Positions 26,910 to 41,045 of a DNA stretch of 64,000 nt are shown piece after piece. Numbering within the stretch: the stretch's first letter is position 1; the number at the start of each line of letters is the position of its first letter. The stretch is from Chrysomallon squamiferum. Taxonomy: Eukaryota; Animalia; Mollusca. A model generated the notes under the pieces. That model saw only the letters and a program-made list of their open reading frames with translations. It did not search any database and was not told where the DNA came from. A program made the position numbers and the translations under genes. The stretch is taken from positions 15,376,001 to 15,440,000 of the forward strand of contig CM022674.1 in assembly GCA_012295275.1 (NCBI GenBank), read 5' to 3'.

Positions 26910-28755
26910 CATTCTAGACAAAATGTTGACCAAGACAAATATTTAAGTGAATTTGTTTTTTTCCTAATGAAAATGAAATGCATATTACCTTGGGATCTAA
27001 AGTGTTTCTGTTAAGAAGCCAGACTAATTAAAAACAGAACATTATCATGAATATTGATAGTTACATTTAACTGTATATTATATTATTAAATTAGTTAAAA
27101 GAAAAGTGTGTGTTATAAAAAGACGTTGTAGATGAAACCATTAAACTGAATGTAATGATGATAAATTAATAAAGTCGAATATTATAAGTTAACAAAATCG
27201 CAGACGCGCTACTCACTCACATGGAAGGTGTATAAACTCATTCGATTTCCATGTTTATGGTTTTGTTTGGTTTATTATGGTCAGTGTGTTTATTTCACCT
27301 TTCACTGCTCTTTGTTTCTTATTTTTTTTTTATTTATTTATTTGTTTATTTATTATTACTTTTTTGTATTTTTGTTGTAGCTTTGATTTTTTTTTATCGA
27401 TCATTTATTTTATTTATTATTAATTAATTTATTTGTTTATTTATTTTCCCTCTCCCCAAGGTCTAATTATGCACCATTAATTACAGCTCTATAAAGTGTT
27501 TAAGTCTTGTTTTTGATTTACATGTTTTTTAATCTCTTTTGTAGAATACATTAATATGGCTCTAGAATAAAATATCATGGTTGATTTAATCTCTAGTGTA
27601 TTAAAGTTTGTGATATTCAACTTTAGGTTTCTTTGACTTTCATTCTGAGATAATTCTTATTGTAAACTGAACGACAGCAACAATGATTTATAAATAAAGA
27701 ATAACCATACATAATATTTATAAACCACTTATTCGTATACAGTTTTTACTTTAGTACAGAAGTGTCTGTCCCGCCTTTTTAAACTGTTGACTGTTTTTAA
27801 CGTGAAAATATCTCTGGCTCTAGAACGCAGGGAGATGCATTCTGGTAAATAAATTTGAAGTGTTTATACCACAGATACAAAAATGTCATACTGTTCGCAT
27901 CACTGATCTATTTATTTACTTATTTATTTATTTTAAACACATCCATGGACGGACTTGGCAGACCATGGTTTGTTCAAAAATCATGCACTCCGCCTCTGTG
28001 AGCAAGTGAGTCAAAACATATAGCAAAATGCATTTAGACAATATCGATGCAAAAAGCAGGTTTGACATACACACATACACACATACATACAAAAACCGTT
28101 TTTTGTCATTCATCCTTTTGACTCTTTATCACAAAATTTACTTGTCTTTGCTTAATATCCAATTTAAAAAAATAAAAGAAATAATAATAATAATAAAGAA
28201 ATAAATAATTATGGAGAGAAAGCCAACAATCAAAATTAATTATAAATAATATCTATCTGTCTGTCTATCTATCTACCTATATATATAGTATAATTCCTAT
28301 AATTTATTTTAACTAATTATTAATATTGTTTTATTAACAGTTCTTGAGCTTTTCCTTATCTGCTAGAACTGGTTTTGAGATATCGATGCGCCCATAGCAA
28401 ACATTTACTGCCAACGAAAAAATCTAAACCAAAGCAGGTGCATGATGTCATTTCCTATCAACCATGTAAACAGTGGACTGTACTTATTTGTGTAAAGATA
28501 AAAATTATAATAATAATAATAAATCATTTTAACCTGAATGATAGCAGAACAATAAGAAATAAATGGTAATTTTATTCATTTCCGATTTCTTCTGGAACTA
28601 TCATTGGGTTTTTAATACTTATAATTTTGTTTTCAGGCAATAGTTTTATCCAAAACATATACACAACATTTTGCTATTATAATTTCTACCATTTTCAGCA
28701 GAGGCACTACACTTTAAAAAGGTTGACGAAAAATATTATAATATATTGAGCAATC

Positions 28756-29210
28756 ATGTCTTCAAAAAAAAGGGAAGTCTATGCCTGCTAAACTGATGAA
28801 AAAGAAATTTTTGTTCAAGAGGCTAAAGTAAATGTCAAGAACTGAAGGATAATTATGAAGTTCAACAGCAAAGTGTGCCTGATAATGTGATCCAATTCGA
28901 GGACCCTGTTCCAAATGATTTTACATTTACCAAAGGAATTGAATATTTGGATGATGAATGACTTTGAAGAGGAAAAATGAAGTCCAAAAAGGAAGAATAT
29001 AAAAACGTACTCTTCAAAGACCTCTGTTGTGAAAACTCAACAAGGAATGTTGAATCGTTACCCATCTCAGAGAGTTAAACAGCTTTCCGTCAGTCTTAAA
29101 ACTGAGTATTTGGGCCGTAACGACCTTTTGCATCTTCCAACAACAACGATTATTATCCCTTGAACAAACTGCAGGTAAGATCCATCCTATTTAATGAATT
29201 AGAATGAACT

Positions 29211-29248
<38 letters not shown>

Positions 29249-29353
29249 TAATAATAATAAAAAAGCTGATTTCAGTTATACATCACAGTTGTTCAAGTAT
29301 TTAGTGTTCTATTTTATGTTTTAATTCAATAATTAATAATTATATTTATTTTC

Positions 29354-29412
<59 letters not shown>

Positions 29413-29454
29413 CTAATTTTTACACTTTATCAGCAGATTTTTCCTTCTAAAATG

Positions 29455-29503
<49 letters not shown>

Positions 29504-29689
29504 GAATTATTTATTTATTTTTTTTATTTGCAGGATTTGGTTAATAAGCTGAAAAGTAAATATAATTTTGAGCTGAATTTCTCTGGCATAAACCAGTTGA
29601 CAGATGCAGTGTTTGCAACACTGCTAAAGCTACATGATGGAGGTTTTGACAATGTGATGAAGATAAATCTGACAGGATTTAAATTGTAA
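28756..29689 (+). pseudogene. Fragment of a leucine-rich-repeat protein gene
   Basis: A decayed coding-like exon ends at a GTAAG donor (~29174). The next exon, from 29533, reads DLVNKLKSKYNFELNFSGINQLTDAVFATLLKLHDGGFDNVMKINLTG, an LxxLxLSGxxxLTD pattern of the F-box/AMN1 type. Confidence 0.5.
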
Positions 29690-29757
29690 TTAATATTAGA
29701 CAGGGGTTTTTTTTTTAGGTTTTTTTTTTTGGAGAGCTGTTAAGGGAGATCACTCAC

Positions 29758-31066
29758 CTTTTTAATGGTTGGCCTCTCCTTTGAGTGCTGTGACCAGCAA
29801 CTCTGCATGAGATCTTTGTACTGCTGGGCATCATGTTTGTTACACTGTTCAGCCGCAGCCTGCTTCCACGATTCACCAGCTCTATCACCTGTAAACACAC
29901 TGCTGTTGTTTAACACACACATCAACATATCACAGGTGTGTACATACTAATGTGTGTTTGTACACCAACACTCACAAGAACACACACACACACACACACG
30001 GGCTTGAATTCACACACACACAGAAACAAGTGCATGTAAATAAACTAATTTATACATGCATTTGGATACTAATATAAGTACCTTTACAGAGATACATATG
30101 CATTCAAGTATGCAAAAACACATATATAGAGAAATATATTAATAAATCAACTCAAATACATTTGTACACAGATACATGCAGACACATTCACACCCACACA
30201 TATATATTACACATATATTGCACACTTAAATACACACATGCACACTCAAACATATATACACAAATACATACACAAATAACAGATCTGTATCACACTACAT
30301 CTTGCTATGCAATGGTATCTTCAAACTGGTCTTAACACACACAAACACATGAACACACACACACAAATACACACACACAAACACAAACAAAACAAATTGT
30401 ATCAAATTATCTTTTCCTCCTTCCAAACATATCCACACTCAAACACACAAACACACAAACATATACACAAACAAATCACATCAAACTGCACCTTCCTCTG
30501 TGGCAATCTCTTCTGAACACACAAACACACACACACAAACAACACACACACACACACAAAACACAGTGACACACACACACAAATTGCATCAAACTACCTC
30601 TTCCTCGGTGACAATCTCTTCAAATGGGTCTTCACAGACAAACAGCTCCCACATTACAAGTCCAAACGAGTAAACATCGGCTGCCGTTGTGATCACTGCT
30701 TCATCCTCGAGTACAGTGGGGTTCTGCAGTATTTCTGGAGCTGTCCAGCAAATGTTGGCTGGACATGCACTGTAGTTACGACGACCTGTAAAGTTACCTG
30801 TGTCTTTGTAAAGTCCATTTAGTAACTATTCTAAAACTTAATAGCTGTTGAGATTAAATTTTATGTTTCTTTTATTTATATTTTTAAATGAATTTTTTAA
30901 GATTATATACGTACGTGCATACATAGACACATATGTTCTACATCTATGTTTTCCATAAAGAAATGGAAACAGACATATATATATATACACACATACACAC
31001 ACAGACACACACGCATACACACATATACATATAAACACATACACACCTACTTAAAAATAAATGGAC

Positions 31067-31121
<55 letters not shown>

Positions 31122-31691
31122 CACACACACACACATATACACACACACATGTATACAAAAAACTATACATACATTAACATATGCAGTTATACTCTCATAT
31201 TTATACTTACAAACATTAATGTTCAAATATGTACCCTTATTGAATTATATTAATAAACTACTATAACACATTAACAACAGAAAATCTTAAATGGTTTTAT
31301 ATCAGTCTACAGCTTTGCTAATGGGAGATAACTCTGCCAAGAAAAACACATAATATTGTCTACCATAGTTCTTTAAAGGCATTATGGGTAAAGAGTAAAA
31401 AAATATTTTTTTTATTTAATTTTTTTTATTTATTTATTTATTTATTTATTATCATTATCAGCACTTTATATAAATAATCATTATAGGTATAAGATTTTTT
31501 TTTTTTATATTAAATCTCTCATTTTTGCATTAAAATATTCACATAAAGATTTACCAATACTAAGTTAAAAGTTAGGGAAAGAATCTTTTGAAAGTGAATA
31601 TTAATTCATTTCATATGGAAGTTATTATATTCATAATATTCTGTAATAATGTAGTAATAAGATACTTTTGTGAAGTGTATGTAGTTTCTAT

Positions 31692-31751
<60 letters not shown>

Positions 31752-33552
31752 GAGAAACCAAAGTTCTTTCTTCATCAGCTCTATGATGTCATCAGTCACC
31801 TGGTTGTCATGGATATTAATTGTTAATTGTTTCAGTGCCACAGTCATGTCGTGCCATTCTGCTACATGAGTGTCTCCAAAACTGCCACCTCCTGAATCAC
31901 AGTCTGAATCATGACACGTGTGACATCATAAAGATATGACATCATAAAGATATGTGTGACATCATAAAGATATGTTTTTCATTCTTAAGGAATGTACTAT
32001 GTAAAATACCTCACATGATTTCAAGTTGAAAATGGTGCAAAGGCATGATCAAAATTTGATTGAGAGAAAATCTTTACTAAAATACAACTTTAATCTAAAA
32101 ATGTTTCCTTAAATATCTAATTAATAAATATAAATAAAAATATATATATATGTATGTAAAAAAATAATTAAAAAGAAAAGAAATAAAAATACGAATCCTA
32201 TATCTGCATTTGTAAATTCACCATGGCAGTAGCTCACCTCTGTCTCATTTTAATCGTGTCAATAGACATAACAGCATTCTCTAAAACAGGCAGCTGACTT
32301 TTCTTGGACACTTTCATCCTCTGGTTCATAATCCCGGTACCTAACAGACATCAGTGATGGGGCTGTTAGGCGTCTGTCATAAATGTCATCATTGGGGAAT
32401 GGTGTGAAAACCCTCTCATTTTTCCAGTAACTGAAACAGCAAATATGTGACTTCTTAAACACTTTATACATATATATATATATATATATAATGATGTCGC
32501 AAACCATAGAAAAATGTTGGTGATCAGGTATTTTTAATTTGCATTCTATTTTTAATCAACTTTATTATTAATTAAGATTGCAACCTACAAACCAAAATTA
32601 TATGTAAAACTCAGAACTATACGGATAACATACAGAGTAGTTCTTCGTATCACCTAAGGTACATTTGTTAAACCTTATTATTAATAAAGATTGGAAGCCA
32701 AAAATAATTACAAAATGTAACTCAGAAGAATATGGACTCTATTTAGAACAGTTCTCTATGTCAGTAAATGAATATTTTAAATGCAGAACTCCAAAAATCT
32801 AAGTAGAATGGTAGGTGTGTTCTACTGAGGTAACACAAGAATCTGATAATTAACGCCATGAACAAGAAGCTAAGAATAGCACCAAACATAATAAACATAT
32901 CACTGCTCTTGCGGTTTTCTGACCTTTCTGCAAAAAAATTTAAATTATCAAGTACTGTTAATTAGATGGCATTCTCATTAGTGTATTCTCCAGTTACACT
33001 GATGCTTGTCATCCAACAGTCTTGTAAAATTTATTTAAATTATTAATTAATTACTAATTACATGGCAGTCTCATTAGTATATTTAAACAAATAATAATAA
33101 TAATAATAATTTGCTGCTGCAGTCATGCTTGTTATCTGACAAACTCTAAATTTATATTATAAAACGTCTAACCTAAAATTTCAGAATATATTGTATGTTT
33201 TACATTTCTAACAACAGATATCTCTTTAACAATTGATATAAATTTCAAAAACAAATTATGTACAATCATATTTCTACTTACATTTTTTTTATTCTTCACA
33301 TCACCTAATTTACACATTTTAAAATACAAAGCTCAATATCTTCAATTATTTTTACTTTGAAGAAAGCAGAAAAATTGCTAACAGACTGAGGATATGAAAA
33401 ATCGTCTAGTTATTTGCTGATCAGTTGTATAGGTTAAGTATGTAAAGTAAAATATAACAATGCATAAATCACTGATAACATTCAAGCATCAACTTATATG
33501 TGGGTTCTTAGATTTCTGTGAATCAAACAATGCTACAGAATATTTTTTTTAA

Positions 33553-33611
<59 letters not shown>

Positions 33612-34841
33612 ACATTAAAAATACACCACCAGGTAATTCATTTAATGTACAATTACCCCATTTGCACTTTAAGCTGAGGTAAAAGTATTCACAATTATGT
33701 TGTTATGAGTGTGTAACTAATACACTAGATTAAGATAACATTACTGACACTAGTAAATTATTATCTAAACTTGTTATCTACATACTGAAAATAAACAATT
33801 ACTCTGTATAGTGTGCACTGTAAAGCTACATAATAAGGTGTAAAGAAATATAACTCTGCAGTGAGGTTTAATGTGAGTGTTGTATGATGTACCAAGTGTT
33901 GTAACATTTATTTGTATAAATAATTGTGTTACTACGTAAACAGGTTAGTTATGGAGAGGACTTAAAATTCATCATCATTCGATTAGAACATCAGTAAAAA
34001 TATTGTTGTTGTTGTTTGGGTATTTTTGTATTGTTTTTCTTTATTTGTATTTTTTTTAACTTTTGTTTTATTATTATTATTTTGTTTATTTTACAAAAAA
34101 ATTTCAAAATATTCAAATTAAATATCATACATTTATTGAAATTTTCTTCAAATTGAATATAGTTCTGCAAATAACAAAACTATAATGACAATACCAAAAA
34201 CAACACCAACAGTAACAATAATCATTTTAGTTATATGTGATAAGTTGTTCAACTATTATTCAAGTATTTCATTTAGAAAATATTTTTTTTCAAATGTACT
34301 CCAAAATATTGAAAGTAATGTGTTCAGCAACAAACCATGAAGAAATGGACAGAATGTTATTATATTTTCAACAAAGCTTGCATGTGAAGCAAAAAAAAAA
34401 TGGAGAAGATGAAAAAATATCTTTCAGTTTATACTACCTAATGAATGCACATTTTTAAAATCCCATATTTTAAAATTACTAACTTTACAAAAGAGTGCCA
34501 CAAATTCGTGTTTTCAAATTCCGAAATTTACAATTATTATTTTTGATTTTTAATATTAAGACTGGACCTATTTTTAAATACTTTATATCAAGTTCCCAAA
34601 TTTTACATTTAAACTTACATACCACATTTCCAACACCAGAATCTTCAATAATTTTAACCAAACCATCATCAGGTTCTTTTCTCGTTGCATCACAAATTAA
34701 CTTAATTATTGTTTTCCTTTGTTGCACTGACCTAAAAAAAAAAAAAAAAAATGTTTAAATAAATATATAAATAAATTAATGTTATTCTTTTTATTTACAT
34801 CAAAGTCATTTTTGTTTAAATGTTACTTTTGGTGCTTGTGT

Positions 34842-34889
<48 letters not shown>

Positions 34890-36830
34890 ACCAATGTTTA
34901 TAAATATTAAATTTTGTAAATTATATACCATGAAAATAAAAGTATGTTGTTATGCTTATAAATATAAGACCAGTATCTATTGAATGCAAATACACTATTT
35001 TTTATATATATTTATAAATCAAATATGTACACATTAAAAATTAATTCTTATTATTTAAAAATGATATCTGCAAGTATTTATATACATTAAAAGCAAATTC
35101 TTTTTATTTACAAATATTAAATTTGCATATACAACAATCTGAAAGACCATAAATTCAAATATTCACAAATATAAGATCTTTTCTACCTCTATATTCAGTA
35201 AAAAAAAATTATAATACTTTATTTATTAATATAGTGAATAAATATTTGTTAATTCAATAATGTTTGTTAACTGAAACATTATTATTGTGTTTAGAAATAT
35301 GAAATTCACATCTACATATATCAAGCAAAAACAAATTTCAATATTTGTTAACATGAAATATGTACAGATCTGTATGCAACAAAAATAATTAATTTTGATT
35401 ACAAATACTGAATTGTTAATAAAATTCATAATTTTATTTTTGTTTTTAATATCATGAACAGAAAATGTGAATGTAGCTGTATTCAGTAAAAACAAATACA
35501 TTTTTCATTGAACATAATAATGAAGTTTGTACATGCTTATAAATCTAGTGAAAATAAATTCAAATATTTATCTACATGCAATCTGCATGTACCTATCAGC
35601 ATTAAAAACAAATTTGTTTATTTAAAAATTTCAGATCTTTGCTACCTGTAATCTTCAAAACAAATATATTTAAATATATCAATTAAAATTTTAACATACT
35701 TTCAATAAAACCATGTTCTTTTATTTGTAATTTATTTACTGTTGTTATTGTTGCTGTTGTTGTTGCTGTTGTTGTTGTTGTTGTTGCTGCTGTTATTGTT
35801 GTTGTTGTATTTGTTTTGTGTTGCTGTTGTATTTGCTGTTGTTGTTGTATTTGTTGTTGTTGCTCTTCTTCTTCTTCTTCTTCTTCTTCTTATTATTATT
35901 ACTAAAGTAGCAGTAATAGCATGATTATTATTTCTTATTTTTTTATCATCATCATCATCATTACTGATCTTATTATAATTTCTAAATGTAACTGTACATA
36001 CATGAATTAAAAACAAATTCTTATACCATAAAACCTAAAATGAAATTTAAGAAATGTTGCTGTATATTTCCAATTACTAAATACAAATAATGATCCACTG
36101 ATAAATATGAAGTGTGTAATTACTTGTCTCCAGTAAAGACCAGTGCTGAGTTGGTGTGGTTGTTGCTGATATCTCGAATGACTCGAACTTGGTGTAGTTC
36201 TCCAAACCAAGAGTAAAATATTGTTTCTATTCTTTGATGTTGAAATTATATACCTGATAAAAAAAAAAAAAAAAAAAAAAAAATGAAAAGAGATGAAACA
36301 TTTTGTAGCTGACAGTTAAACATTAATGAATAATTATAGAAACAGAGAGAGCAAAATGTGAGTAAGTGAAAGACAGACAGTGAAAGGGAGAAAAAGAAGA
36401 AAGGTATAAACAGGGAAAAAGAAATACTGATGGAGAATGAGAGACAGAAAAAATGAGAGAGATATAGAAATAGAGTGATAGAGAATAAGACAGAGAGAGA
36501 GAGAGACAGAAGAGAAACTATAATGAGAGAGAGTAATATATGGGGTAGAAATGATAGAGAAAGAGAGAAATAATAGAGAGATACAGAAAGAAGAGAAAAG
36601 AGAGAAGAGAGAGAGAGAGAAATTTGGATTTTTATGAAATGAGACAGAGTTTAAATATATTTTATGAATATAGAGATTTAGAGAGATGAGACATATCTCA
36701 GTTAATGGGATCCATGTTAATTAGATATTAAACAACACATTTTTTCATGTCTAAATGTGTCAGTGTTGACTTGAGACATATTGTTTAAATATTATATTTA
36801 TGAATGTGTATTTATGTAAAATGGATATAT

Positions 36831-36861
<31 letters not shown>

Positions 36862-37881
36862 CAGTTTCAATGGGAATATCCATGTTATTGTAGATATTTT
36901 CACAGTTAACAAATAAATTTTTTTCATTCTAATTTTTTTTTATATATGCAACTAAATAACATCCATATATATTTTTTTTTTTTTTTGAAATGTTTGAGTG
37001 GTTACCAAAAAAATAATACCTTGACAGGACATGGTAAAGAAAAAAAATCAGTGAAGTGGGAAATATGAAACAAAATAACCACAATAAACAACAACAAAAA
37101 ATTGAAATTGTAAATAGTAAAATCCTATTTTATTATCTGATGTTAAAACCACAATATTGCTGAGAATGATAAAGTTGATGATGAAGATAATAATTATGAT
37201 GATTATCTTGATGAGAATAATAATGCTGATGATGATGATGATTATAATAATAGATGATGGTGCAGATGATAATCAATGGTTCAATGTTACCAGTGATAGC
37301 AGTGTTGATAGTCATAGTAATAATGTTCTTGTGGTTGTGGTTTAACAGTACATGGTAAAGTTAGTCTTTGTGTTAGTGGTTTTGACTGTAAGACCAGTTA
37401 CAAAACAGTTTTGAAGAATAGGCATATTCAGTTTTAAATAATATGTCAGAATAAAAATTAATAATTTCAGTCAAAATTCATTTTAATTTTGTTATGATTT
37501 ATTTATTTAGCTATTTTTGTTTTCTTCTTCATATTTATTTTTAAAATGCATGTATTTATTTATTCAATTTATTTTAAAGAAATAATCCTCTTTTTATTAC
37601 TTACAAAAAGAACCCCAGTGTAATTAAGTTAATTTAGATGTACTTGCATAACAAAAATAAGAAGCAGCATTTATGAAAAATTCGTATACATTACAAAAAT
37701 CGGCATGCGTTACCTCGGCAAGCCATCACTGCGTTGTAAACTTTTCAAATCATTTATGTCTCTTGTGCTTATAACCAGTTTACATGAGCCTAAACGGGCC
37801 AGCTACATAGTCATTAGAAACGGCAGATTCAGGATAATTAATCAGCATAAAGACGACAAAACTAATGATTAGCGAATTCAT
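29758..37881 (-). pseudogene. Single-pass receptor kinase: signal peptide, MRH (mannose-6-phosphate receptor homology)-like ectodomain, TM, TKL-type kinase; disrupted
   Basis: Exons: 37881-37714 (MNSLIISFVVFMLINYPESAVS...GSCKLV...DLKSLQRSDGLPR); 36253-36124 (YFTLG...ALVFTGDK); 34731-34623 (RKTIIKLICD); 32927-32825 (TM, MFIMFGAILSFLFMALIIRFLCYL); 32430-32238; 31891-31750 (GGGSFG...VALK...E); 30785-30598 (WTAPE...DVYSFGLVMWEL); 29888-29758 (CW...ERP). Several frameshifts, stops and lost donors. No HRD/DFG exons were found. Confidence 0.8.
31694..31749. repeat. (CT)n microsatellite directly at a kinase exon donor position
   Basis: The minus-strand exon ends CTCAG and is followed by GAGAGA rather than GT. 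Confidence 0.9.
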
Positions 37882-39594
37882 CGCATTTCTTCTCACATAC
37901 GAGAGTTCCGATAACAACCACCGATCGGAAACTGCTGGTGTGATGTCACTGTTCAACATTTAGTACATTACTAAAATCGGGTCATAAGCTGAATTAGGTC
38001 AGGTCGTCCTGTCAATAATTACGCTTCTTGAAATGCATTGGTTAACGTATTTTTGAAAATGACCGGCCGTGTCTGCAATAAACCACGCCCAATATCATTG
38101 TTATTTTAAATACGTGCTCTTAATCCTTCGCTACAAAGCAAGTGTAAATATTTCAAATAGGATTAAAGATAGTTTGTACTGATTAACTGTAGTTATGTAA
38201 TTTAAATGTAATAATGCCACAGAGACAGCAGCACTCAAAAATTAAGGTAAATGTTTTTCTTTGGTTCTTTTTTTAAAGTGTTATGCGGATGGTTATTAAA
38301 GGGAAGTAACTAGTAAAGTCTATATAATGAAAGCTCTTGCTGTTAAAACCCTTTCACATACGGATTGAGCTGGCAGTATAATAATTTTATATTTTTATTT
38401 TTTTTTTTTATTTATTTATTTATTTTTTCTCAGTTTTGTTTAGTTAACAGATTGATATTATATTTATTAGTGTTTTTTTTTTTTTTTTGTTTTTTTTTTT
38501 TTTTTTTTTTTTCTTGTTTTTTTTTTTTATTTGTGGTGGTGATTTGTTTTTTTTTTGTGTGTGTGTGTGTGTGTTTTTCTTTTGTTATAAAAAAAGATGG
38601 AACGAAAATTACGAAGAAGGAAAAGAAGAAATAGCATTTAAAATGATCAGCTTGTCATTAGGCCTATACATTTTTTTTATTTTATTTTATTTTAGTTTAA
38701 TTTTAATGTAGTTATGTGTGAAAATACAAGTTTTCTCATTAAGCAAAATCCAAACACATTTGAAATAGTAATAACCCCAAGCACAGCGACAGGAAACGAT
38801 CACCCAACCTTCAGCACGATATACTCTTAATTTTCAGATGTCACTTATAGTTTCCATAGATCACGTGACCAAGGACAGCGACACGTGTTTAAAGTGGCCT
38901 GCTCATAGTGTTTTCAGTAATGGACATGTAGATCGATTCGTATTAACTCCAGATGCTTTCCGCAATAAATATTAAAATCCAGTTTAATCAGTTCACAGCT
39001 GTTGGTGCGACACTACAGGGGCGGAATTCGTTAAGTTACAATCCATCCAATCTAACAACAGACATATGATTAATTAAAATACCTAAGCATTTACATAAAA
39101 TGATTAATGACCGCTGTGTCTTATCCCGAGTAAATTGATTACGGCAATAATCTTGACAACAACTAAAATACCTAAATACATTAATACGTAACGATATGAG
39201 CCGAGTGCTATAAAATAACGCACAGACCAGTGTCCAGTTGCGACGGACACGCCCGCCTGACCTTCAGAAAGCGTGCCCGTCGCAGACGTGGTTCAAACAG
39301 CTTGCTCTGATTAGCACGTTATGTTTTTCCTATTCCTATTCCTTGTGTCCAGTTACAACGCACTTGGCTGTCCAGCACTAAACACTTCGGAACTCGGCTC
39401 ATCTCACTTTCATTTTTATATTTAGACTGGACCCCATTGCTCCCAGACTGCATTCCCCAAAGTAGTTATATAGCAAAATACCCACGGTTAAAATCACCGA
39501 AGACAAAAATAAACACGGTTATAATATTCATGTGTTTCTGCATAAACTAGATTTTGTCTTTTTAATCAACCTTTTATATGTGTTTGTATTTATG

Positions 39595-39625
<31 letters not shown>

Positions 39626-40380
39626 GTAGTAGTAGTAGTAGTCGTAGTCGTAGTCGTAGTCGTAGTATTAGTAGTAGTAATTTTATTATTATTTGATTGT
39701 TTGTTTTATTTTTATTTATTTATAATCATGTTGACGCATATATATATATATATATTGAAATAAATTAATTAATAAATAAATAAAACAGGCACAAATTTAA
39801 ATAAATAATTCAACAAATAATCAAATGAACACACAAACAAACAAACTGAAATAAAGAACGAAAATGTTTTCCTTTTATTACAGAGATAACACGAATTCTT
39901 TTCAAATCTACAGACAACACTGGTAGAAGTTTCAGGAATTTTTCCTCCACAAAATACATTTTTATATCAGCAGTGAGGATCATTTTACAAGCTATTTTAT
40001 ACAGAACAACACATACTATAATTTTTATATAACGTCACCACTAGCAAATACGAATGTGATAAAGACAAACTCGATAAAGCTGGGATCGATACTTATAATC
40101 TACCGGTATCAGGAGAACGTTTCAAGTACCAGTAATAGTTCTCGTTTTTATATTATCATAAATTTATCTTTATCCAGAACACGAATTAAAATAAAATAAT
40201 TCAGCAACATTTGCTTACATAAATTTCAGTTTAAAAACTCTTTCCAAAGAAAACAGTTATAAAACTAAATTTAACAAGTGTTATAAATTTACATTTAGCA
40301 ATTGTTTCAAAATTAGTAGTATATAAATTTATATGAAATAAATGCTAAAAAGAAATAAACAATTCAGATATTTTCTTTCT

Positions 40381-40417
<37 letters not shown>

Positions 40418-40544
40418 GGCATTGTTTTCAGTATTTTTATTAAACAAATCATTCCTGCAAATTGGAATAGTGTTTCGTTGTTTTATTTTTATTTCATTTC
40501 TCAAGTTAATAATGTAGGCTAGCACTATTGTATCGTTTCAACTA

Positions 40545-41045
40545 ATAAAACTGTTTTAATTAAAAAAGACGACTGTAGAGTTTTCATTACAGTTTTAGTT
40601 CAAAACATAAGTTGTTGGAATTTTCATCACAGTTTTAATTCAAATCCGAAGATACTCGAATTTTCATTACAGTTTTGCTTCAAAACAGAAGAAGGTGAAG
40701 ATGAATGAATGTCCATGAATTTTTAGTTCACAGTTTTAGTTAGAAATGAAGATGAATGAATGTCCAAAATTGAAGGTGGTCAATTTTAGTTCAGAAAAGC
40801 AGAAAACAGAAATTGGCCGAAATTGTCATTACAGTTTTAGTTCAAAACAGAAGGTGGTCATTTTTCATTAGAGATTTTAGTTCAAAACAGAAAAATTTCC
40901 TGAAACTATTTGTTCAAAACATTTTTGTAGTTCAAAAACAGAAGATGTCATTTTGTTTTAATTCAAAACAGATATAAATTGTCTTTAGTTTCAATTTAGA
41001 ACAGAAAAAATGTTCCTAAAACTGGATTTTCATTACAAAACAGAA
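40545..41045. repeat. Degenerate ~40-43 bp minisatellite at the 3' end of the fibrinogen-domain gene
   Basis: TTTTCATTACAGTTTTAGTTCAAAACAGAAG recurs roughly ten times. Confidence 0.85.

Noticed and set aside
38858-38872. CLEAR/E-box motif (TCACGTGACC) about 1 kb upstream of the MRH-kinase gene
   Set aside because: A single short motif that cannot be tied to the gene from sequence alone.
39251-39300. tRNA-Sec-like sequence (GCCCG..TGA..TCAG ... GTGGTTCAA)
   Set aside because: Too short, with no anticodon arm or cloverleaf.
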